Origin: Gammaproteobacteria bacterium | GTDB lineage: Bacteria; Pseudomonadota; Gammaproteobacteria; SZUA-152 | Reading direction: 5' to 3' | DNA length: 64,000 nucleotides | Assembly: GCA_029882975.1 (NCBI GenBank) | Contig: JAOUJW010000014.1 | Coordinates: 3,814 to 67,813 of the forward strand | Shown: positions 18,948-33,203 of the stretch, in pieces | Position numbering within the stretch: position 1 is the first letter of the stretch | Layout: each line of letters begins with the position of its first letter | Notes under the pieces: generated by a model | The model's database searches: none | What the model was told of the DNA's origin: nothing | What the model saw: only the letters and a program-made list of their open reading frames with translations | Translations under genes and position numbers: made by a program

Positions 18948-19289
18948 ATGTCTGATACCATTTTTGGAAAAATCATCAAGCGGGAAATTCCAGCAGATAT
19001 TGTCTATGAAGACGATGACTGTCTGGCTTTTAAAGACGTCAACCCCCAGGCTCCTGTCCATATTTTGGTCATTCCCAAAAAACCCATTGCCAAGCTGATT
19101 GATGCGGAAGCCGGCGACCAGGCCGTGTTAGGCCATTTATTGCTTAAAGCTTCCCAGGTGGCGCGGGACCAGGGAGTGGGAGATGCCTTTCGTCTGGTGG
19201 TTAATAATGGTGCGGATGTGGGCCAGACGGTTTTTCATTTACACATCCATATCCTGGCGGGTCGCCCTTTCCGTTGGCCGCCGGGTTAG
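18948..19289 (+). CDS. HIT-family (histidine triad) nucleotide-binding protein
   Basis: 113 aa. TIFGKIIKREIPADIVYEDD...HILVIPK...HLHIHILAG contains the HxHxHxx triad. Confidence 0.85.
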   Translation: MSDTIFGKIIKREIPADIVYEDDDCLAFKDVNPQAPVHILVIPKKPIAKLIDAEAGDQAVLGHLLLKASQVARDQGVGDAFRLVVNNGADVGQTVFHLHIHILAGRPFRWPPG

Positions 19290-19345
19290 AAATAGAGATT
19301 TCTTAGAACTTACGAAGTACACAAGAACTAAAAAAAGGAGCATTT

Positions 19346-19903
19346 ATGGTTAGTTTGGAAACTCCGGTTTGCGATTTTGATTTGGATGCAATTGATTTTT
19401 CGCTGCCGGGCGTGGATGGAAAAACCTGGACCTTGGAACAGTGTAAAGGCGAAAAGGGTCTGTTGGTGATGTTTATTTGTAATCATTGCCCTTATGTGAA
19501 GGCTATTCGCGAACGCATCGTGCGTGACACGGCTGAATTGACGCTATTGGGGGTGAACAGCGTGGCGATCATGTCCAACGATCCAGCGCTTTACCAGGAA
19601 GATTCTTTTGAAAACATGGCTAAGGTGGCGCAGGAGTTTGCTTTTCCATTCCCATATCTATGGGATGAGTCCCAGGAGGTTGCCAAAGCTTATGGCGCCG
19701 TGTGTACCCCCGATTTTTTTGGCTATAACGCTGATTTAAAACTGCAATATCGGGGGCGTTTGGACGCCAGTCGTAAGGATACTGCCCCCGCCGATGTGCG
19801 CCGTGACTTGTTTGAAGCCATGTCCCAGGTTGCTGTGAGTGGACATGGTCCAAGCGAGCAAATCCCCAGCATGGGATGCTCTATTAAATGGCGTGAAGAA
19901 TAG
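19346..19903 (+). CDS. Thioredoxin-fold protein (AhpC/TSA-like thiol-disulfide oxidoreductase)
   Basis: 185 aa with the motif FICNHCPYV, and AAGGAG upstream of the ATG. Confidence 0.7.
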   Translation: MVSLETPVCDFDLDAIDFSLPGVDGKTWTLEQCKGEKGLLVMFICNHCPYVKAIRERIVRDTAELTLLGVNSVAIMSNDPALYQEDSFENMAKVAQEFAFPFPYLWDESQEVAKAYGAVCTPDFFGYNADLKLQYRGRLDASRKDTAPADVRRDLFEAMSQVAVSGHGPSEQIPSMGCSIKWREE

Positions 19904-20375
19904 CTTAGATGGTTTTTTAGTCAGCCATTTATTCGTGTAAATGATGAGGGTATTGATCTAATATTGCTTAAAATCAATAAATTAGGGTCAATATCCCCTG
20001 TCCTATTGCTCTAAGCCCCTCGATGAGAGAAAATACGCAGTCCTTTAATGGGCCGCGTCTACCTTCACAAACTCAATCCGCGCCGGGAATTACGAAACGT
20101 TGGTGGGATAAAAATAACAATCAACACTTGTGAGGTGGAAAACGAACGGTCCTGGAATTAGGTTGATCTAGGGGAGGAAGGGGCTGCGCTCCTTTTAAGA
20201 CGAAGTCGTTCTTTTAGACGGAAATTGCTCAATATTACAATAATTTGAGGGCTCTAATGCTGGCAACAGCACGAGTCGAATTTAGTGTCTCCGTTGATCA
20301 GACCACAGTTTTTTTACCTGTGCCGCGAAGGGCAGGTCGCAGATTTTTATCTATTTGGAACTTGAGGAGAAATAC

Positions 20376-23406
<3,031 letters not shown>

Positions 23407-23447
23407 GCGAAACATTGTCCGGTTTTTTTGCTGGATGTATAGCTAAG

Positions 23448-23478
23448 ACAGGGTGGGCGGGTGCTCACCCTGTTTATT
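23448..23478 (+). terminator. Rho-independent terminator after gap
   Basis: ACAGGGTG (23448-23455) pairs with CACCCTGT (23466-23473), followed by TTATT. Confidence 0.55.
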
Positions 23479-23625
23479 GGCAGACGGACAACAAAAAGCG
23501 ATTCGCCAAGCCACAGCCCATGGTTAGCAGCTTTATATTGCTAACTCATTATCGACAAACTCATAGTTGGTAATTTAGGTTTGGCCAATCGTTTTTCAAA
23601 ATTTAAATCTCAGGAGAGTTCTATC

Positions 23626-24807
23626 ATGTCATTTATCAAGCTGACCGATTTGGATCTGGCCGGTAAGCGCGTTTTGATCCGCGCCGACCTTAATGTTCCC
23701 GTAAAAGATGGTAAGGTGACTTCCGATGCCCGCATCACTGCATCCATGCCCACCATAGAACACTGCATGAAAGCCGGTGCTTCTGTTATGGTTATGTCAC
23801 ACCGCGGTCGTCCTGAAGAAGGTAAGGCCGACGAAGAAAACTCCATGGCGCCGATTGCAGCCGATATGTCCGCCAAGCTGGGCAAAGAAGTGCGTTTGAT
23901 CAAAGATTATCTGGATGGCGGTTTCGAAGTTGCCGGCGGCGAATGTGTGCTGCTTGAAAATGTGCGCTTTAACGCCGGCGAGAAGAAAGATAATGAAGAT
24001 TTAGCCAGGAAATATGCTGCACTGTGTGATGTGTTCGTGATGGACGCCTTTGGTACAGCTCACCGGGCCCAGGCTTCTACTCATGGAGCCGGCAAATTCG
24101 CACCCATCGCTTGTGCCGGTCTGTTACTGGCAGATGAGTTGGACAACCTGGCACAGGCGCTGGCCAATCCGGCTCGCCCCATGGTGGCCATCGTTGGTGG
24201 CTCCAAAGTGTCAACCAAACTGACGGTTCTCGAAGCCTTATCTGAGAAAGTTGACCAATTGGTCGTCGGTGGTGGTATCGCCAATACTTTCCTCAAAGCA
24301 ATGGGGAATAATGTGGGTAAGTCTTTGTGTGAAGACGATTTGGTGGACACGGCCAAAGCCCTGGTTGAGAAAATGAAAGAACGCGGTGCTAACATTCCTA
24401 TTGCCGTTGATGTGGTGGTCGGTAAAGAATTCAACGAGAACGCGGAAGCTACTCTGAAAAATGCCGGTGATGTGTCTGACGATGACATGATTTTCGACAT
24501 CGGTCCTCAATCCGCACAGGAACTGGCTGACATTATCAGTAAAGCCGGTACCATTGTTTGGAACGGCCCGGTTGGTGTGTTTGAATTTGATCAGTTCGGT
24601 GAAGGCACCAAAACCGTTTCCATGGCTATTGCCAATGCGGCGGGTTTCAGTCTGGCAGGTGGTGGTGACACCATCGCTGCTATCCAGAAGTACAATATTT
24701 ATGACAAGGTGAGTTACATCTCCACCGCAGGTGGAGCATTCCTGGAGTATTTGGAAGGAAAAACTCTCCCTGCCGTTGCCATGTTAGAACAAAGAGCGAA
24801 AGACTAA
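23626..24807 (+). CDS. pgk: Phosphoglycerate kinase
   Basis: The ATG at 23626 follows CAGGAGAG. Motifs are [18 protein letters not shown] and GGGDT. Confidence 0.95.
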   Translation: MSFIKLTDLDLAGKRVLIRADLNVPVKDGKVTSDARITASMPTIEHCMKAGASVMVMSHRGRPEEGKADEENSMAPIAADMSAKLGKEVRLIKDYLDGGFEVAGGECVLLENVRFNAGEKKDNEDLARKYAALCDVFVMDAFGTAHRAQASTHGAGKFAPIACAGLLLADELDNLAQALANPARPMVAIVGGSKVSTKLTVLEALSEKVDQLVVGGGIANTFLKAMGNNVGKSLCEDDLVDTAKALVEKMKERGANIPIAVDVVVGKEFNENAEATLKNAGDVSDDDMIFDIGPQSAQELADIISKAGTIVWNGPVGVFEFDQFGEGTKTVSMAIANAAGFSLAGGGDTIAAIQKYNIYDKVSYISTAGGAFLEYLEGKTLPAVAMLEQRAKD

Positions 24808-24827
24808 TTCAGGCTGGAGTTAACGAA

Positions 24828-26282
24828 TTGCAGAGACGAACAAAAATAGTGGCGACCCTGGGGCCGGCTACCGATGATCCAAAAATGTTGGATAAAATCA
24901 TCGAAGCCGGTGTGGATGTGGTGCGATTAAATTTTTCTCACGGTACCGCAGACGATCATCGATCCCGCGCTGAAAAAGTACGAAATCGTGCCCGGGCTCA
25001 TGGCCGGCAGGTGGGGGTTTTGGCTGATTTACAGGGGCCAAAAATTCGCATTGAACGCTTTAAAGATGGGCCAATACGGCTTGAAGAGGATGACACTTTT
25101 ATCCTTGATTTGGCCTTGGACGCTCATGCGGGGAATAAAGAGCGTGTTGGAGTCAGTTATAAGAGTCTGAATGTTGACGTTAAGCGTGGCGATACCCTGT
25201 TACTGGATGACGGTAAGATCGTATTGTGGATTGATGAGGTTGAGGGTGACGAGATTCGTTGCCGGGTTAAAACCGGTGGTCCGCTGTCAGACAGAAAAGG
25301 TATCAACCGTCAGGGCGGGGGTTTGTCGGCTCCGGCACTCACGGATAAGGATCGAGAGGACATTAAGATTGCCGCCAGTATCAAGGCGGACTATGTTGCA
25401 GTGTCCTTTCCCAGAACGGCTGAAGACATTCTGGAGGCGCGGCGCTTGTTGCTGGAAGCCGGTGGGCATGGCGGTATTGTCGCTAAGATCGAGCGTAGTG
25501 AAGCCCTTGAAGCTATTGACGAAATTATTGCGGCCTCGGACGTGATCATGATTGCGCGCGGGGATTTGGGTGTGGAAATCGGAGATGCTGCGTTACCTCC
25601 GGTACAGAAAAACCTGATCAAAACCGCCCGAAACATGAACCGAGTGGTCATTACGGCAACTCAGATGATGGACTCCATGATTACCAGCCAGATTCCTACT
25701 CGGGCTGAGGTCTTTGATGTGGCCAATGCGGTATTCGATGGTACGGATGCAGTGATGCTGTCAGCTGAGACAGCTTCAGGTGATTATCCCGACAAAGCAA
25801 TTGCTGCCATGGACCGGATCTGTCGGGTGGCAGAACAACAACCCGTGGCCACAGTGTCGGATCATCGAATTAATACAGCGTTTGGACGGGTGGACGAGGC
25901 TATCGCCATGTGTACCATGTATGCTGCTAACCACCTGGAAGTAAAAGCCATTGCGGCTTTGACCGAATCCGGCTCTACACCCTTGTGGATGTCGCGAATT
26001 AGTTCGGGTATACCTATTTACGCATTGACCCGCCATGTTTCTACGCGGCGTAAGGTGACATTGTATCGTGGGGTATCCCCTATCAGTTTCGATATCACTA
26101 CCAACGATCATGCCACGGCCAACAAGGAAGCGGTGGATGAGTTAAAACGTCGGGGTGTTGTCAGGGACGGTGATCTTGTTATTATCACCAAAGGTGATTT
26201 GATGGGAATACACGGCGGCACCAATTCTTTGAAAATAGTGAAAGTGGGGGATGACCTGATTCCAAATGACGCGTCAGTTTGA
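24828..26282 (+). CDS. pyk: Pyruvate kinase
   Basis: TTG start at 24828 with GGAG upstream. Motifs are RRTKIVATLGPA, VVRLNFSHG and MIARGDLGVEI. Confidence 0.95.
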   Translation: MQRRTKIVATLGPATDDPKMLDKIIEAGVDVVRLNFSHGTADDHRSRAEKVRNRARAHGRQVGVLADLQGPKIRIERFKDGPIRLEEDDTFILDLALDAHAGNKERVGVSYKSLNVDVKRGDTLLLDDGKIVLWIDEVEGDEIRCRVKTGGPLSDRKGINRQGGGLSAPALTDKDREDIKIAASIKADYVAVSFPRTAEDILEARRLLLEAGGHGGIVAKIERSEALEAIDEIIAASDVIMIARGDLGVEIGDAALPPVQKNLIKTARNMNRVVITATQMMDSMITSQIPTRAEVFDVANAVFDGTDAVMLSAETASGDYPDKAIAAMDRICRVAEQQPVATVSDHRINTAFGRVDEAIAMCTMYAANHLEVKAIAALTESGSTPLWMSRISSGIPIYALTRHVSTRRKVTLYRGVSPISFDITTNDHATANKEAVDELKRRGVVRDGDLVIITKGDLMGIHGGTNSLKIVKVGDDLIPNDASV

Positions 26283-26354
26283 GCGGTTATTTGTGTTAGG
26301 CAACAAACCAAGAGATTTTTGTAATTAATTTTTTTCTTATGGGAGAGTATACAC

Positions 26355-27392
26355 ATGGCACTGATATCCTTACGCCAATTGCTTGACTACGCAGCAGAAA
26401 ATAACTTCGGTATGCCTGCGTTTAATGTTAATAACATGGAGCAGGTTCACGCAATCATGCAAGCGGCCGACGCAGTGGACAGTCCGGTCATTATGCAGGG
26501 TTCTGCCGGGGCTCGTTCTTACGCGGGCGAACCGTTCTTGCGCCATTTGATTTCTGCGGCTATTGAACAGTACCCGCATATTCCCATCGTTATGCATCAG
26601 GACCACGGTTCCGAGCCGGCGGTTTGTTTGCGCTCCATTCAGTCCGGTTTCAGCTCCGTTATGATGGACGGCTCACTGATGGCTGACATGAAAACCCCAT
26701 CTTCCTATGAGTACAATGTAAACGTCACCAAAACCGTTGTGGATATGGCTCACGCCGGTGGTGTTTCCGTTGAGGGTGAGTTGGGCTGTCTGGGTTCTCT
26801 GGAGACCGGCGAAATGGGTGAGGAAGACGGTCACGGTGCCGAAGGCAAGCTGTCTCATGACCAATTGTTGACTGATCCCGATGAAGCGGCTGATTTTGTC
26901 GCCAAAACCGGTGTGGATGCCCTGGCTATCGCCATTGGTACCAGCCACGGTGCGTACAAATTTACCCGTCCTCCTACAGGCGACATTCTGGCGATTGATC
27001 GTATCAAGGAAATCCACGCGAAACTGCCTAACACTCACTTGGTTATGCATGGTTCGTCTTCCGTGCCGCAGGATTGGTTGAAAATTATCAACGAATACGG
27101 CGGTGACATGGGCGAAACCTATGGCGTGCCTGTCGAAGAAATTCAGGAAGGCATCAAGCACGGTGTACGTAAAGTTAACATCGACACCGACTTACGTATG
27201 GCTTCAACCGGCGCCATTCGTCGCCACTTGGCAGACAATAAATCCAACTTCGATCCACGCAAATTCCTGAAAGCTTCTACCGAAGCGATGCGGGATATTT
27301 GTAAAGCGCGTTTTGAAGCTTTCGGTTGTGCCGGTCACGCTTCCAAGATCAAGCCAGCCTCACTGGAAGACATGATTAAATACTACAAGTAA
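26355..27392 (+). CDS. fba: Fructose-bisphosphate aldolase, class II
   Basis: 345 aa. Motifs are [42 protein letters not shown] and GTSHGAYKF. Confidence 0.95.
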   Translation: MALISLRQLLDYAAENNFGMPAFNVNNMEQVHAIMQAADAVDSPVIMQGSAGARSYAGEPFLRHLISAAIEQYPHIPIVMHQDHGSEPAVCLRSIQSGFSSVMMDGSLMADMKTPSSYEYNVNVTKTVVDMAHAGGVSVEGELGCLGSLETGEMGEEDGHGAEGKLSHDQLLTDPDEAADFVAKTGVDALAIAIGTSHGAYKFTRPPTGDILAIDRIKEIHAKLPNTHLVMHGSSSVPQDWLKIINEYGGDMGETYGVPVEEIQEGIKHGVRKVNIDTDLRMASTGAIRRHLADNKSNFDPRKFLKASTEAMRDICKARFEAFGCAGHASKIKPASLEDMIKYYK

Positions 27393-27410
27393 GTGTTTGA
27401 TCTATTAAAT

Positions 27411-27442
27411 AAAAAGGAGCCTGATAAGGGCTCCTTTTTTTT
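27411..27442. terminator. Bidirectional rho-independent terminator (fba / trmB)
   Basis: An A-run is followed by GGAGCC (27416-27421), a loop, GGCTCC (27429-27434) and T8. Confidence 0.7.
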
Positions 27443-27464
27443 GCTCCAATTTTGCTGGGAGCAG

Positions 27465-28169
27465 TTAGAGTTTTTGGTATAGAAGATCCCAAACATCGTG
27501 TCCGAGCCTTTGGCCTCGTTGCTCAAACTTGGTGAGTGGACGCTGCGGCGGCCTGGGACTGTAGGGTGGGGTTGGCGCCAGGTTACGGAATAACGCCGTG
27601 GGTTCGGAATCTTCCAGGGTGCTGAAAGCGGCAACGCAATGTTCTGCATAATCCTGCCAATCGGTTGCAATATGAACAATGCCCTCTGGCTGAAGTTTGC
27701 GGGCCAGCAGGTGCAGGAACGGAGCTTGAATCAATCGACGTTTGTGATGGCGCTTTTTGTGCCAGGGATCCGGAAAGAAAATTTGTACGGTATGCAGTGA
27801 TTCGTCGGCGATGCACTGCTGTAATACTTCTACTGCATCGGCGCAATAAATCTTTATATTTTCAATATGTTCCGCAGATATGCGTTTGAGTAAATGGCCC
27901 ACGCCGGGTCGGTGAACTTCAATCCCAACAAAGACTTTTTCCGGGTCGTTTTTGGCCATCTGGACCAAGGAATCTCCGGTGCCGAAACCGATCTCCAATA
28001 CCATGGGTATTTGCTCGGCACGGCACAGAGGTATATGGGGATCCAGGCCGTAAAGGGGCCAAAGGTCGTTGAGTGCTTTGGCTTGACCTGCCGTAAGCCG
28101 TCCGTCGCGGCGCACAAAACTTCGCACAATCCGCTTGTGTATTACCCGTTTGTTCTCTTCAGGAGTCAT
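27465..28169 (-). CDS. trmB: tRNA (guanine-N7)-methyltransferase
   Basis: 234 aa. Motifs are LEIGFGTGDSLV, FVGIEVH and FPDPWHKKRHHKRR. Confidence 0.9.
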   Translation of the reverse strand: MTPEENKRVIHKRIVRSFVRRDGRLTAGQAKALNDLWPLYGLDPHIPLCRAEQIPMVLEIGFGTGDSLVQMAKNDPEKVFVGIEVHRPGVGHLLKRISAEHIENIKIYCADAVEVLQQCIADESLHTVQIFFPDPWHKKRHHKRRLIQAPFLHLLARKLQPEGIVHIATDWQDYAEHCVAAFSTLEDSEPTALFRNLAPTPPYSPRPPQRPLTKFEQRGQRLGHDVWDLLYQKL

Positions 28170-28197
28170 GCGATGGTGCAGTAAGAAAACGAAACGG

Positions 28198-28992
28198 TTA
28201 GAAAAACGTGCCTTCCAGCGGTGAGGACGCCGATGCGTAGCGTTTTTTAGGCACTCGGCCAGCCAGATACGCTTCTCGGCCCGCTTCCACAGCCTTTTTC
28301 ATGGCCGACGCCATGAGGACGGGATTTTGAGCCCCGGCGATGGCGGTATTCATCAGGACGCCATCACAACCCAGTTCCATGGCGATAGCAGCGTCTGAGG
28401 CGGTGCCTACGCCCGCATCCACCAGAATGGGTACGTTGGCCTGCTCGATGATGGTCAGCAGGTTGTAGCGGTTCTGAACCCCCAGTCCTGAACCAATGGG
28501 GGCTGCCAACGGCATAACTGCCACGCAACCAATATTCTCCAATTCCTTGGCTACAATGGGGTCATCACTGGTGTATACCATGACTTCAAAACCCTCTTTA
28601 ACCAGAATTTCGGCGGCTTTAATGGTGGCACGAATATCGGGGTATAGGGTTTTTTCGTCGCCCAGAACTTCAAGTTTTACCAGTGTATGGTCGTTCAGCA
28701 GTTCTCTGGCCAAGCGGCAGGTGCGCACCGCGTCTTCTGCCGTATAGCACATGGCAGTATTAGGCAGGATGGTGTATTCGTTGGGAGATATGACATCCAG
28801 CAAATTGGGCTCTTTGGCGTTTTGACCGATGTTAGTACGACGCACGGCAACGGTAATGATTTCTGCGCCACTGGCTTCGGTGGCGAGCCGGGTTTCTTCC
28901 AGGTCTTTGTATTTGCCGCTGCCTACAAGAAGCCGGGAATTGTATTGGTTGCCGGCTATAATCAAGGGGCTGTCGTTCTTTTCGTTTGACAT
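28198..28992 (-). CDS. thiG: Thiazole synthase
   Basis: 264 aa. Motifs are [30 protein letters not shown] and VLMNTAIA. Confidence 0.95.
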   Translation of the reverse strand: MSNEKNDSPLIIAGNQYNSRLLVGSGKYKDLEETRLATEASGAEIITVAVRRTNIGQNAKEPNLLDVISPNEYTILPNTAMCYTAEDAVRTCRLARELLNDHTLVKLEVLGDEKTLYPDIRATIKAAEILVKEGFEVMVYTSDDPIVAKELENIGCVAVMPLAAPIGSGLGVQNRYNLLTIIEQANVPILVDAGVGTASDAAIAMELGCDGVLMNTAIAGAQNPVLMASAMKKAVEAGREAYLAGRVPKKRYASASSPLEGTFF

Positions 28993-29074
28993 GTCCTTTC
29001 AAAATCCTCAATTAGTGCTTAAATTTAAACTCGAATGGAGTTATGCGATTGGGGCTGTGTAACTGGGGCTGGAG

Positions 29075-29275
29075 TCAGCCACCACCGATAGCATGAACAA
29101 TTTCTACATTGTCGTTTTCTTTGATAATAAATGATTCATAGGTACTGCGTGGTACAATTTCAAGATTTACTTCCACGGCCAAGCGTTTTCCGCCCAAGCC
29201 CAGGGAATCTATGAGCTGCGCTGCTGTCAATTCACTTGAGAATTGTGCTGGTTCACCGTTAAGCGTAATGTTCAT
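29075..29275 (-). CDS. thiS: Sulfur-carrier protein ThiS
   Basis: 66 aa with a C-terminal GG, immediately upstream of thiG. Confidence 0.85.
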   Translation of the reverse strand: MNITLNGEPAQFSSELTAAQLIDSLGLGGKRLAVEVNLEIVPRSTYESFIIKENDNVEIVHAIGGG

Positions 29276-29437
29276 ATAGGTTAAACAGATAGGTGTTAAA
29301 CAGGATGCCCAAAGGGCTATAAGTTTAAGTGTTTACGCCGGCTAATCCTAGTCCTTTGACTGATTTAAACCGCAAAAAAACTTCAGGGCGTGGTTGGGCC
29401 ACCCATGATTAGAGCCGAGAAGGTGTTGAGAATCGAC

Positions 29438-30316
29438 ATGACCGTTGTTAAATTATTGTTCCCCCTATTTTTGTGTACGGTATTGAGTCCGGTAATGGCG
29501 CTGGATCTTAATCCGGAGCGGATTCCATGGAAAAAATTGCAATTTTCAGCGTCATTTTTGTTTGTCTCAGCAACCGCGGACGTGAGCTGGGAACCCATAG
29601 ACAAGCAGCGGGTGAACAAAGTCCTGTTACCAGTGGATAAAGGGGTGCCCATCACCGAGCAACCCTTATTTTATATGACGCTGGAGTCTCGCGCCTTTAA
29701 TCGTAATTCTCAGGTGAAGTTCTGGTTTCAACAGGACGCAACAGCACTACAACGGGAGCAGTTGGACTGGGGGAAAAGGCAACGTTTGAAAACTTATCGC
29801 TTTGCTACAGATAAGGCGCAAGCCATTCAGTGGACACCTTTGGAGTCGGAAGCCGAACTGGCCCCGGAAAAATGGAGTCGAAAGGAGACTTTTCAGTTTA
29901 AATACCCCAAGGTGGCCCGTGGGATACCCATAACAGACAATGCCGCATTGTTCTATGTTATTTCTGCGGCAAACTTGCGACAGGTCGGTGATTCGCTGGT
30001 CATTCACAGCTTTGGGAAACAGACAGTTAACAAAATTACCATACGTGTTGCTGCCGAGGTCTACTTGGAAGTCAACTACAAGAAAAGAACGCAATCCGCG
30101 CTACGTTTTGTCGAGGAAGAAACCACGGCTCTGGAGCTGCGTTTGGAAATTGTACCCTTGGGGGAGGAAGCCGATGAGGGCTTCGAATTTTTAGGGTTGA
30201 AAGATGATGTGCGGATTTACTTGGAAAAATCCAACTTAGTCCCTTTACGTATTAGTGGAAAAGTAGACTACTTAGGCTGGACTGCAGTGGACATGGTTGA
30301 GGTGGAAATGCGTTAG
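29438..30316 (+). CDS. Hypothetical secreted protein
   Basis: The likely start at 29438 gives MTVVKLLFPLFLCTVLSPVMA, a signal peptide. I recognised no family. Confidence 0.45.
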   Translation: MTVVKLLFPLFLCTVLSPVMALDLNPERIPWKKLQFSASFLFVSATADVSWEPIDKQRVNKVLLPVDKGVPITEQPLFYMTLESRAFNRNSQVKFWFQQDATALQREQLDWGKRQRLKTYRFATDKAQAIQWTPLESEAELAPEKWSRKETFQFKYPKVARGIPITDNAALFYVISAANLRQVGDSLVIHSFGKQTVNKITIRVAAEVYLEVNYKKRTQSALRFVEEETTALELRLEIVPLGEEADEGFEFLGLKDDVRIYLEKSNLVPLRISGKVDYLGWTAVDMVEVEMR

Positions 30317-30329
30317 TGTAAGGATGGGC

Positions 30330-31046
30330 TTACTGATGTAAGCCCAGATAAATACGTTGACAGACAAATTGCAGGTCCTTGATGGTGAATTGCGCATTCT
30401 TAAGGTCGTTGACTCGAATTTGGTATTGTAACACCCGGCTGTAGTTTTCCAGCGATGGATAGCCAAAAGAATTGCCGTTAATGTCTTTGGCGACTTCCAA
30501 TAGCTCTAGCCATTGCTCGGTCTTAAAGAGCTTTCGAATCAAATTGAGTTTGGCGGGCAGCGAACTGACAAATCCCTTCACTTCTTCAGCCATTTGCGGT
30601 TTTTTATCGAGCAAATTGGAACGAATGGGACTGTTGCGTCCGGCAGGGCTATTGCAGGCCAGATACGGTTTCAAGGCGTTATATAACACAGTTTGATCCA
30701 CGGGTTTGTTGCAGATAGCATCGCATCCGGCATCAAGAAACAACTCACCGTCCGATGATTCGTCATGCACAAGCACTACTATGGGTTTGGTGAATTCCTC
30801 CTTACGTAAAGTTTCAATTAATTTGGTGGCATCTACGAACTGCATGATCGAATCAATGATAACAGCGTCAAAATGTCGTTTGTCCATACACTCCAGGGTT
30901 CGTTCATCGGCGAAAATAACCTCGGTAGTCAACCCGATTTTACGCAACAACAAATGTATGATTTGTTGCTGAATCGGATCGTTTTCAATTATTAGCACGT
31001 TACCATACAAGGGGGGTGCATAGGGATCGCTGGATATTTTAAACAT
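30330..31046 (-). CDS. Response-regulator receiver protein with a C-terminal HPt-like domain lacking the phospho-His
   Basis: 238 aa. The receiver region is VLIIENDP...DAVIIDSIM...CNKPV (Asp65 and Lys114-Pro present). The C-terminal LLEVAKDINGNSFGYP aligns with the HPt motif LKEVLHTLKGTAGGLGYP of the upstream kinase. Confidence 0.65.
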   Translation of the reverse strand: MFKISSDPYAPPLYGNVLIIENDPIQQQIIHLLLRKIGLTTEVIFADERTLECMDKRHFDAVIIDSIMQFVDATKLIETLRKEEFTKPIVVLVHDESSDGELFLDAGCDAICNKPVDQTVLYNALKPYLACNSPAGRNSPIRSNLLDKKPQMAEEVKGFVSSLPAKLNLIRKLFKTEQWLELLEVAKDINGNSFGYPSLENYSRVLQYQIRVNDLKNAQFTIKDLQFVCQRIYLGLHQ

Positions 31047-33094
31047 TAGGATAACCCGCTACTGAATTCACTAAAACTTCGAGTTAATTGCATCCCTTCA
31101 AAAATTCGATTGAACAACCTCTTTAGGTCTATGGAAAGACTATCAACGGCGTCGTAGTTTTCACTGATAAGTTGAAACTCGATTTTACCGGCCAAATCGG
31201 TCAGCACGGGATAACCCAGGCCGCCTGCAGTCCCTTTGAGGGTATGGAGTACCTCCTTCAATTCTTGCCAGTTCTTAGTTCGCATCAGCATTTCTATTGT
31301 GCCTTGGGTGGTATGTAAATCGTTTACGAACTTTTCCACCAGATCAGCAAATTCCGGTTCATGTTGCAGTAAGGAAGAAAAAATGGGTTCCGGCATGAAG
31401 TCCTCCGCAGCGGCCGGATGCAAATATCTTGCACACACCTGCTCAAACTGGCTACGTAGGATGGGTTTGGCCAAAAAGTCATCGCAGCCGGCTCGCAGGC
31501 ACAAATGACGGTATTCCGAGGTGGCGTTTGCGGTCAATGCGACAATGGGTTTGCTATAACCGATTTCTCGAAGTTTTTTTACCGTATCCAATCCGGACAG
31601 TTGCGGTAGATGCATATCCATGTAAATGAGATCGAAGTTTTTGTACACGGTTTCTTTCAATGCGCTGATTCCGCTGTCCGCAATAGTGACAGACACCCCC
31701 AGGCGGCGCAAAAACAATGAAAACAACTGTTGGTTGGTTTCATTGTCATCCACCAGTAACACGTCGCCATGCAGTCGAATATGATGGTCCCGGTGGCTGG
31801 ATTCCACGATACTTGACTGCTGCCATTGCTCCATGTTGTAGATAAGTGTACTCGTGTCCAAAGGGCTTAGGTTTAGGCAAATTTCAAATGTGGAGCCCTT
31901 TTTCAGTGCACTGTAAATGTTGAGGCTTCCACCCAGCAGCTCAATCAGGTGATTGGATAAGGGAAGTCCCAAGCCAGTGCCGCCGTATTTGCGACTGGTA
32001 GCCGCTTCGGCCTGCTGAAATGGGTCTAGACAATCCTGAATTTGTTGTTCGCTGAGTCCAATGCCGGTATCTATGACCGAAATGCGGAGCACTTCTTCCT
32101 GCGGGTCGCAGCGAAACTGCACCAGAACAAAGCCTTCATTGGTAAACTTAATCGCATTACTGCACAGATTAATTAAAACTTGTTTTAAGCGCAGAGGGTC
32201 TGTAGCGATGGAGCGGGGTAATGGTGGAATGTATTCCAGTTTAAAGACAATATTTTTTTCAACGGCTTTGCGTTTGACTAAATCTTCCACTTCCCGGGCC
32301 AGGTTGAACAAGTCGGTATCGAGATATTCCAACTCCAATTTACCGGCTTCGATTTTGGAAAAATCCAGAATGTCGTCCACAATAGCATGTAGATGAGCAC
32401 CGTTTTGAACAATGGTTTTCAGCCCCGCCATACGTTCCTGCATACTTTGGTCGCTATCCAACGAGGCTTCGGCAAAACCAATGATGGCAGTCAATGGCGT
32501 GCGAATTTCGTGGCTCATATTGGCAAGAAATTCACGTCGTGCTTTGTTGGCTTGACGTGCTTCTCGGGTTGCTTGTTCCAGTTTGTGCAAGAGACTGCCT
32601 ATATAGTACGGTAATACAATTAACCAAGCTAAAACTCCGAGGCTAAGGGTTAGGTTTTGTTGCCAGTAAGGGGTAGTGAGTATAACGCTCACAAAACCCA
32701 GAACACCGGTCACGACGGCAAAATTCATGTGGTTACGGCCAAAACGTAAACCGTTACCAATGGCGATTAAGAGAAACATACCCAGAAAACCGGCAGTGGC
32801 CGCACCGGAAGTCATGGCGAATGTGGCGGTACATGTGTCCAGACAAATACCCAGCTTAGACCGTACTGGCATTCGTTCTGGTGCCAGGATAGCTCCGGTC
32901 AAGATGAGTAATGTGCCGGCGAGATAGCTTATGGCAACAATACCAATCCAATGCCAGTTGCTTAATTCGGATAGCCACAAAAAGCAAAATAAACCCAAAC
33001 CGCCGATAATCGGTCGGGCCACAGCGGCCTGTTCCAACTCAGGATCCCGGTCGGACAATTTGCTTAAAAAAACATTAAGATAGGAGAAAACCAC
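31046..33094 (-). CDS. Hybrid sensor histidine kinase (multi-TM sensor, HisKA, HATPase, receiver, HPt)
   Basis: 682 aa with a GTG start. SHEIRTPL is the H-box, and GTGLGL is the G-box. The receiver region is VLLVDDNETNQ...DLIYMDMHLP...KP. The C-terminal HPt motif is HTLKGTAGGLG. Confidence 0.9.
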   Translation of the reverse strand: MVFSYLNVFLSKLSDRDPELEQAAVARPIIGGLGLFCFLWLSELSNWHWIGIVAISYLAGTLLILTGAILAPERMPVRSKLGICLDTCTATFAMTSGAATAGFLGMFLLIAIGNGLRFGRNHMNFAVVTGVLGFVSVILTTPYWQQNLTLSLGVLAWLIVLPYYIGSLLHKLEQATREARQANKARREFLANMSHEIRTPLTAIIGFAEASLDSDQSMQERMAGLKTIVQNGAHLHAIVDDILDFSKIEAGKLELEYLDTDLFNLAREVEDLVKRKAVEKNIVFKLEYIPPLPRSIATDPLRLKQVLINLCSNAIKFTNEGFVLVQFRCDPQEEVLRISVIDTGIGLSEQQIQDCLDPFQQAEAATSRKYGGTGLGLPLSNHLIELLGGSLNIYSALKKGSTFEICLNLSPLDTSTLIYNMEQWQQSSIVESSHRDHHIRLHGDVLLVDDNETNQQLFSLFLRRLGVSVTIADSGISALKETVYKNFDLIYMDMHLPQLSGLDTVKKLREIGYSKPIVALTANATSEYRHLCLRAGCDDFLAKPILRSQFEQVCARYLHPAAAEDFMPEPIFSSLLQHEPEFADLVEKFVNDLHTTQGTIEMLMRTKNWQELKEVLHTLKGTAGGLGYPVLTDLAGKIEFQLISENYDAVDSLSIDLKRLFNRIFEGMQLTRSFSEFSSGLS

Positions 33095-33203
33095 TAGAGG
33101 AAAAACCGCAACAATCTGTTTACAATAGCTCTAGATCGGTTCAAAACCGTAAAAACTTTAACACATTGTGTCTTGAGGCCGTCGGTCGCCTGGATCGGAC
33201 CGT

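Noticed and set aside
29276-29437. Possible TPP (THI-box) riboswitch upstream of thiS-thiG
   Set aside because: The reverse complement contains a weak GGATTAGCCGGCG resemblance to the THI-box 3' half. It lacks the conserved CUGAGA element and convincing P1-P3 pairing, so I make no call.
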